From a virus (Duplodnaviria; Caudoviricetes), in IMG/VR virus record IMGVR_UViG_3300015050_001283, positions 7,966-71,965 of that record: a stretch of 64,000 nucleotides of DNA, one strand, 5' to 3'. A program made the position numbers and the translations under genes. How positions within the stretch are numbered: the first letter of the stretch is position 1; each line of letters starts with the position of its first letter. Under the pieces are notes generated by a model. That model did not search any database. It was given only the letters and a program-made list of their open reading frames with translations, and had not been told where the DNA came from. Positions 42,425 to 51,616 of the stretch are shown in pieces.

Positions 42425-43318
42425 ATGAGCGTCGAACACCTCAACCTCCAGCCGGGTCTCCATCACGACATCCCGGAATCCGCCTACCACAAAGACCTGC
42501 TGATGGCGCAGCCGACGCTCAGCAGGTCCGAGGCGGTCATGCTCCTCGAAGAGTCGCCGCTTCACCTGTGGTGCGCTCACCCCCGCCTCGGCGCCAAGAC
42601 GTTCACCGAACCCACCAAGAAGCTGGACTTCGGGACTGCGGCCCACTCCATGGTGCTCGGCAGCGGCCAGGAGATTGTCGTTGTCGATGCCGACAACTGG
42701 CAGACCAAAGCGGCGCGTGAGCAGCGGGACTCAATCCGGGAGGCCGGCAAGACCCCCATCCTCGCCCACGACAAAGAACGGGCGGACGCGCTCCACAAGG
42801 CGTTCTTCATGCGCTTGAAGGAATTCAACCTGCTGGAGAAGTTCGAGGCCGGCAAAAGCGAGGTCACGATCCTCACTGATGAGGGCGCCGGCGTCTTCTG
42901 CCGTGTCCGTCTCGACCGTCTCCATATCGACGAGCAAGCCGGCATGGTCTACATCTTCGACCCGAAGTTCTGCGAATCGGCGAATCCGTCCAGCCTGCCC
43001 AAGCAGGTCATCAACATGGGCTACGTCGTGCAGGAGGCTTATTACACGCAGGCTTTACAGCGTGTGCGGCCAGACCTCAGCGGCCGAATTAAATTCATTT
43101 ACCTCTTCATCGAGGATCACTTCCCGTTTTCCATGACGCCGGTCGAACTCAACGGGGAGTTCAAGCTCATCGGTGTCAGCAAAGTCTGCCGGGCGATCGA
43201 CGCCTGGAAGAAGTGTTTGGCCGACGGCCGGTGGCCCGGCTACACTAAGGAACTCCTCACCCTCGAACCGCCCGCATGGGCTCTCAACGCCGAGATGGGT
43301 GCAACCCCCGTCCGATAA
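42425..43318 (+). CDS. PD-(D/E)XK exonuclease, DUF3799/RecE(ExoVIII)-like
   Basis: YH....LSRS, FGTAAHSMVL, CRVRLDRL, IFDPK, Y..Q.AYY. Confidence 0.85.
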   Translation: MSVEHLNLQPGLHHDIPESAYHKDLLMAQPTLSRSEAVMLLEESPLHLWCAHPRLGAKTFTEPTKKLDFGTAAHSMVLGSGQEIVVVDADNWQTKAAREQRDSIREAGKTPILAHDKERADALHKAFFMRLKEFNLLEKFEAGKSEVTILTDEGAGVFCRVRLDRLHIDEQAGMVYIFDPKFCESANPSSLPKQVINMGYVVQEAYYTQALQRVRPDLSGRIKFIYLFIEDHFPFSMTPVELNGEFKLIGVSKVCRAIDAWKKCLADGRWPGYTKELLTLEPPAWALNAEMGATPVR

Positions 43319-43322
43319 TACT

Positions 43323-44774
43323 ATGAACCGCCTCAACGAAATCGACGTCCGCAATTTCAAACGGGTTCGCCGCGCGCATCTTGTGCTCGATGGCAACACC
43401 CTCGTCATCACTGGTGATAATGAAGAAGGAAAGAGTTCCTTTCTCGATGGCATCACCGCCCTTTTCGGTGGCGCCAACAAGTCGCCGAAGACGCCGATCC
43501 GCAAAGGCGCCAAGGAAGCCACCGTCATCGGCCGGCTCACGACCAAGGACGGCCGGAAGCTGAAAGCCACGCTGACCTTCGGGCTGCCGAACAGTCGCCG
43601 TATCGTGGTTGTCGACGATGAGAGCGGTAAGCCGTTGTCTTCTCCGCAGGCGTTGCTTGACGCCTTCTGGGATGAAACGAGTTTCGACCCGTCCCTCTTC
43701 CTCGCCAGCGAGGAGAAGGACCAGCTTGCCATGCTCAAGAAGATGGCTGGCCTGGACTTCACGGCATCCGATGCCGAGCACGCCAAGTTCTTCACCGAGC
43801 GCACTGTCGTCAACCGCGAGGTGGAACGCCTCCGCGGCGTGCTTTCCTCGCAGACGGCCTACCCGGACGCACCGGCCGAGGAAGTCACCAGCGCCTCGAT
43901 TCTGTCCCAGATCGACGTCGCCGATCGTCACAATCGCGAGATCCAGCAGCTCGACAGCGCCGTCCAGATCCGCTCCGGCACCTTAGAGCGCCACAACAGC
44001 AGCCTCCAGCTGGCTCAATCCACGGTCGAGGATCTGAAGCGCAAGCTCATCGAAGCCGAGGCGCAGGTCGTCACCTGCCAGCAGGCCGTCCAGGGCGCGC
44101 AGCTATCGCTCGATGAAGCCAAAACGGCGCGCAACGCCAAGACCCTCATCGACACGACGCCGCTCCGCGCGCAACTCACCGATGCGGAGAGCACCAACGC
44201 CAAGGTCCGCGCCAACACCGCGCGCGCCAAGACCGCGCAGGATCTCAAGGTCAAGACCACGGAATCCGAGAAGCTGACGCAGCGCTTGGAGGCTATCGTC
44301 GAGGCGAAGGAGGAGAAGATCCGCAACGCCAAGTTCCCGGTCGACGGCCTGTCGCTTACCGAAACCGGCGTCATGTTCGAGGGTCTGCCGCTGGAGCAGG
44401 CTTCCGACAGCCGGAAGATCGCCATCGGCGTGGAGATGGCCGCGGCCATGAATCCCGACAAGCCGCTGATGCTGGTTCGTCACGGCAATCTCTTCACCGG
44501 AAAGAACTTTGCTATCCTCGAAGAGATCGCCACGAAGCGTAACCTGACGGTGATCGTCGAGATCGCCGGCGAGAAGCGCGCGGACAGCCGCCTGCACTTC
44601 CAAGACGGAATCGGCGACGATGGTTCGGGCATCGCCACCGAGCCCGAACCGGCCGTTGAATCCACTCCCGCCCCCGAGGCTCCGGCTGCCGCGGCCCCCG
44701 CGCCGGCCGAAGCCCCCAAACCCGCCAAGAAAAACACCCAACAGGATGATCTTCTCGATCTTCCTCCCTCCTGA
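43323..44774 (+). CDS. SMC/Rad50-like AAA ATPase with a coiled coil
   Basis: I.VRNFKRV...ITGDNEEGKSSFLD (Walker A), long coiled coil, degenerate signature ASDSRKI; ATG at 43323. Confidence 0.85.
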   Translation: MNRLNEIDVRNFKRVRRAHLVLDGNTLVITGDNEEGKSSFLDGITALFGGANKSPKTPIRKGAKEATVIGRLTTKDGRKLKATLTFGLPNSRRIVVVDDESGKPLSSPQALLDAFWDETSFDPSLFLASEEKDQLAMLKKMAGLDFTASDAEHAKFFTERTVVNREVERLRGVLSSQTAYPDAPAEEVTSASILSQIDVADRHNREIQQLDSAVQIRSGTLERHNSSLQLAQSTVEDLKRKLIEAEAQVVTCQQAVQGAQLSLDEAKTARNAKTLIDTTPLRAQLTDAESTNAKVRANTARAKTAQDLKVKTTESEKLTQRLEAIVEAKEEKIRNAKFPVDGLSLTETGVMFEGLPLEQASDSRKIAIGVEMAAAMNPDKPLMLVRHGNLFTGKNFAILEEIATKRNLTVIVEIAGEKRADSRLHFQDGIGDDGSGIATEPEPAVESTPAPEAPAAAAPAPAEAPKPAKKNTQQDDLLDLPPS

Positions 44775-45820
44775 TGTCCGAACGCACCTTCACCGTCACT
44801 GACGCAAAGCGGGAACAAGTCCCGCTGAACGTCGCACTCGTCGGGCCGACCGGCTCCGGCAAGACCGGCAGCGGTCTCGAACTCGCCACCGGCTTCCAAG
44901 ACGTGTCCGGCGGCGACATCGGCGTCATCGATAGCGAAGCGCGCCGCGCGCTGGCTTACGCCGACGCTCCGATGTTCAGCGAACCCACCAGGCGCTTCAA
45001 GTTCAAGCACCTCGACTTCAAGGCGCCGTTCGGTCCGCACGACTACATGGCTGCCGCCCAGCACCTCGTCGATAACGGCTGCAAGCACATCATCGTCGAT
45101 AGCACCTCCCATATGTGGGAGGGGCCGGGCGGCGTGCACGCGATGCACGATCAGGAAGTCGAGCGCCTGATGCGCGCATGGCGCACGGATTCCGTCGAGA
45201 AGGTCAACTTCCCGGCGTGGAACCTGCCGAAGCGCGCGCAGACCGATTTCGTCAACTGGATGAAGCAGCAGCCCATCAACTGGATCTTCTGCTTCCGCGC
45301 CAAGGAGAAGATGAAAATGGTCAACAACAAGCCGGTCGAACAGGGCTGGCAGGCCATCGGCGGCGAGGATCTGATCTACGAGATGACGCTCGCCTGCCTG
45401 CTGCTCCCGCAGTGCGACGGCCAACCCATCTGGAACAAGACCGAGGAGAAAGGCGTCAAGGCACTGGCGCAGCACTTCCGGCCGATGTTCGCCAACAACC
45501 CGCGCTTGTCCGCCGCGGTCGGCCGCGACCTCGCCGTCTGGGCCAAAGGCGCCCCTCCGGCTGCCGGGTCTGCGCCTGGCGCCACCACGACCACCAGCAA
45601 GAAGGCTGACGCCATTCCGCCGCGGCCGATGACCGAGGCGATCAAGAAGTCGTTGCTCGACGCAACGAAGGACTTGGAGCTGGAAGCCGCACAAGCCAAG
45701 AAGACGGAGCTGATGGAGAAGTATTTCGGCACCCGCAAATGGTCCGAGATCTGCGCCAAGCCCGATCCGGAACTCGATCCCATGCTGGTAAAGATGAAGG
45801 CCACTGAGAGCCTTCCGTGA
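44774..45820 (+). CDS. AAA_24/Sak4-like ATPase (single-strand annealing recombinase candidate)
   Basis: ALVGPTGSGKT (Walker A), VIDSE, IIVDSTSH.WEG.GG. Confidence 0.85.
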   Translation: MSERTFTVTDAKREQVPLNVALVGPTGSGKTGSGLELATGFQDVSGGDIGVIDSEARRALAYADAPMFSEPTRRFKFKHLDFKAPFGPHDYMAAAQHLVDNGCKHIIVDSTSHMWEGPGGVHAMHDQEVERLMRAWRTDSVEKVNFPAWNLPKRAQTDFVNWMKQQPINWIFCFRAKEKMKMVNNKPVEQGWQAIGGEDLIYEMTLACLLLPQCDGQPIWNKTEEKGVKALAQHFRPMFANNPRLSAAVGRDLAVWAKGAPPAAGSAPGATTTTSKKADAIPPRPMTEAIKKSLLDATKDLELEAAQAKKTELMEKYFGTRKWSEICAKPDPELDPMLVKMKATESLP

Positions 45821-46020
45821 TTCCCTGTCGCCCAGATTGTCTCAACTGCATGACCCGGTGGCCCTCCGGCTGCCGGGTCTGCGCGGAACCGACCCTCCTG
45901 CCACCGCCGGCCGGTTCCCAAGCGAATGATGGTGGCACCAACCTCTGCACCCTCGCCCATGGCCACGAATCCGCCCACCACACCTGCACCCGCAAAGACC
46001 CCCCGCAAGCCGCGGGCTGA
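45817..46020 (+). CDS. Possible small Cys-rich protein
   Basis: CRPDCLNC...CRVC; GTGA overlap with the ATPase stop. Confidence 0.35.
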   Translation: MIPCRPDCLNCMTRWPSGCRVCAEPTLLPPPAGSQANDGGTNLCTLAHGHESAHHTCTRKDPPQAAG

Positions 46021-46366
46021 CGCCGGCAAGAAACGCGGCGCCAAATTCGAGTATTACGTCCTCAACGGCACCACGCCGTGCCGTATCGACCGGTCGCGCC
46101 TGCTGGACAAGCGCCCGCTGCTAGTCCCCTGCCGGCCCGGCGAAGCGCTGGAGATCATCGGCCAAGGCGCCGCCCGTGGACCGAAGGGGCGCATGGAAAC
46201 GATGGTTGCGCGCACGCTGGACGTCGTGAAGCGGGTCGGTGGCACGACCATCTTCGAGAAGACGGAGACCATGAAGGCTGCCTTGGCGCCCTACGCCGGC
46301 CTATCCGGCAGCTGGACCCTCGGTAAACGCAAGATTGCCGCCCCCAGCACCGGGACCGAAGGGTGA
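45959..46366 (+). CDS. Basic hypothetical protein (AT-hook-like N-terminus KTPRKPRADAGKKRG)
   Basis: Track ORF 45926..46366; the internal ATG is preferred. Confidence 0.6.
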   Translation: MATNPPTTPAPAKTPRKPRADAGKKRGAKFEYYVLNGTTPCRIDRSRLLDKRPLLVPCRPGEALEIIGQGAARGPKGRMETMVARTLDVVKRVGGTTIFEKTETMKAALAPYAGLSGSWTLGKRKIAAPSTGTEG

Positions 46367-46671
46367 TCTACCAGTGCCTCATGGATGACGGCCAAGACCT
46401 GCCGGTCGACGCCGACAGCGCTGCCGACGCCATCCAGGCGGCGCTTGAGCGGAACCGTGGGCACCGCGTTCGCGAGTGCTACAAGGGCTCACGGACCAAG
46501 AAAGGTGCGGGATACGTCGAATATGAGGTGCCACGGCACGATCCGTTGCCCGTTAAGCCCATCCTCGGTGCCGTTCAGGCCATCCAGGAGGCGATGTTCG
46601 ATGACCGCGCATTGCGCGCGGAGTCCGCCGCGGCCCGCGAACGGACGAACCCGCAGCCGGATGACGACTGA
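46363..46671 (+). CDS. Hypothetical protein
   Basis: 102 aa, GTGA overlap with the previous gene. Confidence 0.65.
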   Translation: MIYQCLMDDGQDLPVDADSAADAIQAALERNRGHRVRECYKGSRTKKGAGYVEYEVPRHDPLPVKPILGAVQAIQEAMFDDRALRAESAAARERTNPQPDDD

Positions 46672-46783
46672 AATTTATGTTTGACGAACCGGGCGACATC
46701 GTGCGACAGTGTGGCTCAAGAGGGAACAACCCCGGGAAATGAGCCCCCGGGGAGCTCTGGCCGAGCGACGATCCTCACAGTGC

Positions 46784-46813
46784 GGGCCGGGAGGGGGAAA
46801 CCCTTCCCGGCCC
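46784..46813. terminator. Strong hairpin at the convergence of the recombination and lysis units
   Basis: GGGCCGGGAGGG-GGAAA-CCCT(T)CCCGGCCC, 12 bp with one bulge. Confidence 0.55.
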
Positions 46814-46820
46814 TCATCGT

Positions 46821-46910
46821 TTATGAGCCTCGGCCGAGCCAAAATAAAATTACCACCACGATCACGAACGCGGCCACGAGGATCTTGCCGGTCGTGGAGA
46901 GCAACCTCAC
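46821..46910 (-). CDS. 29-aa single-transmembrane peptide
   Basis: GTG start overlapping the upstream TGA; VRLLSTTGKILVAAFVIVVVILFWLGRGS. Confidence 0.5.
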   Translation of the reverse strand: MRLLSTTGKILVAAFVIVVVILFWLGRGS

Positions 46911-47245
46911 GAGGGAGTGTCGCCCAGCTGGGCGTCGATCTTGGCGATCGCGCGCCTGGCGTAAGCCTTCGTGTGCATACCGACTGATTCCCGCTCTACC
47001 ATGTCCGCCCACATGGCACGCTCCAGACCAGCCATCCGGTGGGCGATGCCCTTGAATTCCTTCCGGATCTCCACGCCGTCTTCCTTGATGGCCGAGACCA
47101 GTTTCGCGCCGAGCGCGATCAGCTTCATCGACACCAGCATGAAGAAGCCGGTGATGATGCCCAACGGGCCGTAGACGTAAAGTGCAGCCGGATTGGCCAT
47201 AACAGCGTCAGCTGCTTGGGCGAGGAGGAGAGCGAGATGATTCAC
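46907..47245 (-). CDS. Membrane protein in the lysis cassette (holin, antiholin or i-spanin candidate)
   Basis: One transmembrane helix followed by a coiled coil. Confidence 0.6.
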   Translation of the reverse strand: MNHLALLLAQAADAVMANPAALYVYGPLGIITGFFMLVSMKLIALGAKLVSAIKEDGVEIRKEFKGIAHRMAGLERAMWADMVERESVGMHTKAYARRAIAKIDAQLGDTPS

Positions 47246-47502
47246 GGTTTGACTGACTTGATAGCGGCGGTGACGGCGGCTTCAACCACAGAGGCGCTGG
47301 GATCGTTGCTCAATCCCTTGGACTCCAACTTCCGATAGGTGGGGTCATCTTTTTTACCTGCCTCGATGGTAAACGGCGCGACGGCCTGCGTCGTCCCGAA
47401 TGACATGGACGTGTATTTCGTCTGCCCTTCCTGATATGAGCGGTAGGAGCAGCCGGACAGCGCTAGAAGCGCGAGGAGTATGATAGCGATGCGGGTTTTC
47501 AT
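47242..47502 (-). CDS. Lipoprotein (o-spanin candidate)
   Basis: MKTRIAIILLALLALSG|C lipobox; ATG at 47502. Confidence 0.75.
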   Translation of the reverse strand: MKTRIAIILLALLALSGCSYRSYQEGQTKYTSMSFGTTQAVAPFTIEAGKKDDPTYRKLESKGLSNDPSASVVEAAVTAAIKSVKP

Positions 47503-47510
47503 GGTGAAAA

Positions 47511-47906
47511 TCAGGCGGCTTTCCAGTGGCTGCCGCCGAACCACTGGACGAGGTTGTAGACGACGGTGCGCTGGTCGGCGCGGGCGCCTGACAGCTCCAT
47601 CGCCTCGCGCAGCACGCGATCGGCAAGCTCCCGGGTGAAGGACACTGCGCCGTTCTTGCCGGCGAGGGTGTAGAGGTAGTCGTGCACGACGCTGGCGTAG
47701 AGGATGCACGGATCTTCCGGGTCGATGTAGCGCCAGGCAAACCGCGGGATGGACGCGAAGTCCGTCTTGAAGCCGGCCGGCACAGTGATGCGGCCGAAGA
47801 GGTTCGAGTCGTAGACGAAATCCTGCGTCAGCATATAGACCTGCCGGCCCTTCACCTCGGATGGCGGCAGGATATCGACCCGGAGGCGTGTGAGGAAATC
47901 ACTCAT
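47511..47906 (-). CDS. DUF1353 family protein
   Basis: TVPAGFKTDFASIP...ASVVHDYLY...ADRVLREAM. Confidence 0.85.
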   Translation of the reverse strand: MSDFLTRLRVDILPPSEVKGRQVYMLTQDFVYDSNLFGRITVPAGFKTDFASIPRFAWRYIDPEDPCILYASVVHDYLYTLAGKNGAVSFTRELADRVLREAMELSGARADQRTVVYNLVQWFGGSHWKAA

Positions 47907-48253
47907 GCCTTCAGTGGCCCCTTGAAATCGCTCTTCGTGGCGTAGGCCAAGATCGCCACGATGAATGGATTGAGCACTTTGGTCCAGAGAGCGGCGTATT
48001 GATGCCAGCTCATGGCGACCAGCGACGCACTGTCGAGCTGGTTGAAGACGTCCCAGAATGCGGAGAAGCTGGCGGACAATCCAAACAGGATGGCGATCGC
48101 ATAGGCGCGCGCGTTGGATTGGGCATCCTGGGCGACGCCGTTGATGACATTGACGACGATCGGCCGGAAATCGGTGGCGAGCCTGCGCGTCACAATCAAG
48201 GCCGTGAGCATCACGACCAAAGGCCAGATAAACTGTGACGGATCGAATTCCAT
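47903..48253 (-). CDS. Multi-transmembrane holin-like protein
   Basis: 116 aa with three hydrophobic helices, at the head of the lysis cassette. Confidence 0.6.
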   Translation of the reverse strand: MEFDPSQFIWPLVVMLTALIVTRRLATDFRPIVVNVINGVAQDAQSNARAYAIAILFGLSASFSAFWDVFNQLDSASLVAMSWHQYAALWTKVLNPFIVAILAYATKSDFKGPLKA

Positions 48254-49509
48254 TATGCGGCTACGGCTCCGCGAATACCGACGATGGCCCAGCCAGCAGC
48301 AGTGTATTCCAGTTCAACCGCGTCACCCACGTTGGTAAAGGTGATGGTCGTGAATCCGATTTTAGTTGTCGGAGTGAGCACGCCAGAGCCGCCATCAACG
48401 GAATGAATAACGCTCTTTCGCTGACCGGCCACGCCATCCGCAAGAGTCAATGCCTGAGCAACCCCAGTGCTGGTGTAGTTGGTTGATCCCGTTGTAACGT
48501 TCACGGCTCCAGCGCCGGAGAGGAGTTGGGGAGCGGTGATGAGTGCGCCTGCAATGGTAACCATCCCTCGATTGCTAACAGCAAACTGAGATCCAAGAGC
48601 GGTCGTCCCGAGATTCATCAATCGCTGCACCCCTGAGCCGATCGCCGTCTCCGTTCTGATTAAACTGAAGTCATCATTCGCCGCCGTGCCGGAGGCTTGG
48701 TTGTAGGTGGGGGTGATGGATAAAAAACCATTGGTCCCACTGGTAGCAGTATCTGCACTCGCCAGCGTAATGGAGTAATAATTTTTCCCGGCAAGCGAAG
48801 TTCCGGTAATCGTAGCCTCGAAAAACGGAGCCGTTACACGATTCAGGGTAATTTGGGATACAGCGGAAGAAGCCCCTGTTCCAATGAGCCTTAGTGCGCG
48901 GGGTGTGCCGCTACCAGCAGAAGTGGTCCTAACGATACCCACGTTCCCGCTCCACAATGCCTCCAACCGTTCATAATCCGTCGTCTGATTCACCGTGTTG
49001 TAGACTTGTAAGCCTGCGGCGCCGGTGCTGGTGATTACGATCGGCTGTGCGTTGCTGAAGGTGTTTACCCCGGTCCATGCGTTGGTGCCGCCAAGCGCCG
49101 CAACAGTGCCAGAGGTGGGCAGCGTCACATTGGTCGAACCAGTGACTGTGAAGGTGGTCGAGAAAGCGCCGGAGGTTACAAGGTTTCCCCCAAGGGTAAT
49201 GGTGCTCGACCCGTTATTGACGCCGGTTCCGCCGTAGGTGCCAGTGACTACCGTGCCATTCCAAGTGCCGCTCACCACCGTTCCGGTCCGGGTGATGTTG
49301 TCCTGCACGCCCGTCGGCAGTGTCGTGAGGATGGTCGGCACTCCGCTGCTGTCGGTTGCGAGGATGGCGTTATTCTGCTTGGAAAAGATCGTGGAAATCC
49401 AGGCGTTGTCGCTGGAGTTCTTGCGATCAATCTTGATGTCGCCTGGCGCAGCGAATGCCAAGGATGCGATGAAGAGGAATGACAGGATGATTCGATTAAG
49501 CGTTTTCAT
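48253..49509 (-). CDS. Tail fibre-like protein with an N-terminal Sec signal peptide
   Basis: MKTLNRIILSFLFIASLAFA|A; fibre repeat GTWNGT...YGGTGVNNGSSTITLGGNL.TSGAF.TT.TVTG.TNVTLPTSGT; Thr/Gly-rich. Confidence 0.75.
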   Translation of the reverse strand: MKTLNRIILSFLFIASLAFAAPGDIKIDRKNSSDNAWISTIFSKQNNAILATDSSGVPTILTTLPTGVQDNITRTGTVVSGTWNGTVVTGTYGGTGVNNGSSTITLGGNLVTSGAFSTTFTVTGSTNVTLPTSGTVAALGGTNAWTGVNTFSNAQPIVITSTGAAGLQVYNTVNQTTDYERLEALWSGNVGIVRTTSAGSGTPRALRLIGTGASSAVSQITLNRVTAPFFEATITGTSLAGKNYYSITLASADTATSGTNGFLSITPTYNQASGTAANDDFSLIRTETAIGSGVQRLMNLGTTALGSQFAVSNRGMVTIAGALITAPQLLSGAGAVNVTTGSTNYTSTGVAQALTLADGVAGQRKSVIHSVDGGSGVLTPTTKIGFTTITFTNVGDAVELEYTAAGWAIVGIRGAVAA

Positions 49510-49527
49510 TTTCTGAATTTTGTGATG

Positions 49528-51612
49528 CTAGTTCGTCTGATAAATGATTGTGCCTATAATGTAAGTGGTGGCTGCCAATGCCGACGGGACGATCTGGGCC
49601 GATGTCTGCCCACTGCCATTCTGATAGACCCTGGCCTTGGTTAATGTTTGGATGGCTGCAATGCCGACCTGGGTATAGCTGGCACTAAGAGTAATGCCCG
49701 TGTAGTTAGAAACACTTCCTGAATAGAACCCGTTTGTCAGGCTTTGCGCGGCATAAGGCAATCCGCCAACCTGAACTCCGCCGGCCATGCCCGCATCCTT
49801 GGCTGAGATTGCGACGTAGAATTGAGCAGTTACCACCCGACCAATTCGCGTGAACGTTCCAACCTGAATAGTGTATGTGTTTACGTTGGTGCCGGCGTCC
49901 CCTTCGATCGTCGGAACCCATGTCCCTTGTTCATACCAATTCGGGATGTTCTGCTGACCAGCGGCCGCGAAGTTGTTTGCGAGCCCATTGAGTTGATTAG
50001 CTGAAAAAGTATTGGATGACGCGGTAAACGTGTGGGCCGCTTCTTTCTGAATTGCGATCTGCGTCTTTCCGGTGGGAGCTACGAATTTCGTGAGAAAAAT
50101 AGCCACGTTATCCGAAGTCCCTGCATTGAAATCCAAAGCGTTGGCGCTACCGGGAACACCCGCCCCGCAGTCAGAAAAGACGCAGTTATTAAACTGTAAA
50201 CCTGAAACCGTGAAAACCTCGACGCCGATTCCTGACACGCTACCGCTCCGATCGAATGTCACACCATCAATCAAAATGTTATAGCACTTGTTTGATGGAG
50301 CTGTGTAGCCGATCAAAGAGGAATCGCTTGTCTGCGAAAATACGCAGTCCTTTACGATCACGCCTTTTGCCCCAATGAGTTCGATTCCCCTTGTTCCGTT
50401 ATTTGCTCTGACACCAGAAATCAGGACGTTGTGATTATTGGACGCATCTGTTAATGCAACGTTCGTTGTATTGATGAACGATACGGCAATTGTAGAGAAC
50501 GTGTTTATCTGAAGGTTTCTAAACGTGAAGTTAGTTGCCGCTGCCGTTAGCGTCGCACTGTTGAAATAGACGGACACCACCCCGTTATTGCCTCCAATAT
50601 CCGAGAAAATACTGTCTTCCACCGTGATATTTCTGATGACGTGGAAGGCTTGTGAATCGGGTTCGACGTCGATTGCTCCAGGCATCGTCGATTTGGTGCA
50701 TCGTTTAAATAGACAGTTGGACACGCTTAGTCCGTCGCTATCGATCACGCTGATACCATTTCGATTATCTTTGTTCACCCCATCGAACACACAGTTATCT
50801 ATTACGGTATTGATGTTGTGCCTTTCGATTCCCGCCGAGGGACTGGACCCAAGATACAGTCCGTCCCCCCTGAATCCGAGAAACTCAACCCGACGAATTG
50901 CAGCATTTCTGACTCCAGAAAGTGAAACGAGGTGCGTGTGCTCTTCAAACCCAGCACTGGCCACCTGCCCATCTATTGTTATCTCACTGATGGATAAATT
51001 TTCCACATAGGTGGAAGCCGAACCAGAATCAGCAAAAAGTGTCCCATAGCTCGCTCCGGTTATTGAATTTTGCACTAGCACGGTGCTTCCAATTCCTTCG
51101 CCAAACAGATTCACGTTACTTCCGAGCGTGATGGTGTTGGTCAAATATCTACCCCTTGGTATGTATACGCCTGCACCACCAGCGGCGACTGCCACGCTTA
51201 CGGATGATTGAATCGACGTGGTGTCGTTCGTGATGCCATCGCCTTTAGCCCCAAACCACCTGACGTTAATATCGTTTGTGGTGACAACTCTGAGCCACCT
51301 ACCTACTCCAGCCGTGGGCTGTATGATGGTGCCTCCATTGTCCGCGGCAACTGATGCTGAATTGTAGACAAAGTATCCCTGCCCACCGTCGCCGGCGGCA
51401 TAGTATCCCGTGACATAGACCTGAGTGCCGTTCGGTGTGGCGCTATTCGAAACGATCACGGCTTTCAAAGCCGCGATCGTGGTGACTTGGAATGGCGCCG
51501 ACGTTAAGCTGCCGGTGACCACGTTGGTCCCGACCGCGCGCTGGAGCGCTTCCTTCTGGGCGAACGCCGGAAGCGCGAGAGCGAATGCGAGGATGAGATG
51601 TAGGAGCTTCAT
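49528..51612 (-). CDS. Tailspike/depolymerase (pectate-lyase-3 beta-helix) with an N-terminal Sec signal peptide
   Basis: ATG at 51612, MKLLHLILAFALALPAFA|Q; TIAALKA...GYYAAGDGGQG...DNGGTII head-binding-like domain; NVRWFGAKGDGITNDT..I; beta-helix repeats. Confidence 0.85.
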   Translation of the reverse strand: MKLLHLILAFALALPAFAQKEALQRAVGTNVVTGSLTSAPFQVTTIAALKAVIVSNSATPNGTQVYVTGYYAAGDGGQGYFVYNSASVAADNGGTIIQPTAGVGRWLRVVTTNDINVRWFGAKGDGITNDTTSIQSSVSVAVAAGGAGVYIPRGRYLTNTITLGSNVNLFGEGIGSTVLVQNSITGASYGTLFADSGSASTYVENLSISEITIDGQVASAGFEEHTHLVSLSGVRNAAIRRVEFLGFRGDGLYLGSSPSAGIERHNINTVIDNCVFDGVNKDNRNGISVIDSDGLSVSNCLFKRCTKSTMPGAIDVEPDSQAFHVIRNITVEDSIFSDIGGNNGVVSVYFNSATLTAAATNFTFRNLQINTFSTIAVSFINTTNVALTDASNNHNVLISGVRANNGTRGIELIGAKGVIVKDCVFSQTSDSSLIGYTAPSNKCYNILIDGVTFDRSGSVSGIGVEVFTVSGLQFNNCVFSDCGAGVPGSANALDFNAGTSDNVAIFLTKFVAPTGKTQIAIQKEAAHTFTASSNTFSANQLNGLANNFAAAGQQNIPNWYEQGTWVPTIEGDAGTNVNTYTIQVGTFTRIGRVVTAQFYVAISAKDAGMAGGVQVGGLPYAAQSLTNGFYSGSVSNYTGITLSASYTQVGIAAIQTLTKARVYQNGSGQTSAQIVPSALAATTYIIGTIIYQTN

Positions 51613-51616
51613 AAAA

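Noticed and set aside
41140-46690. Invertible segment flanked by recombinase sites
   Set aside because: Only a 7-bp CATAAAT/ATTTATG inverted match was found, which is too short and expected in AT-rich promoter DNA
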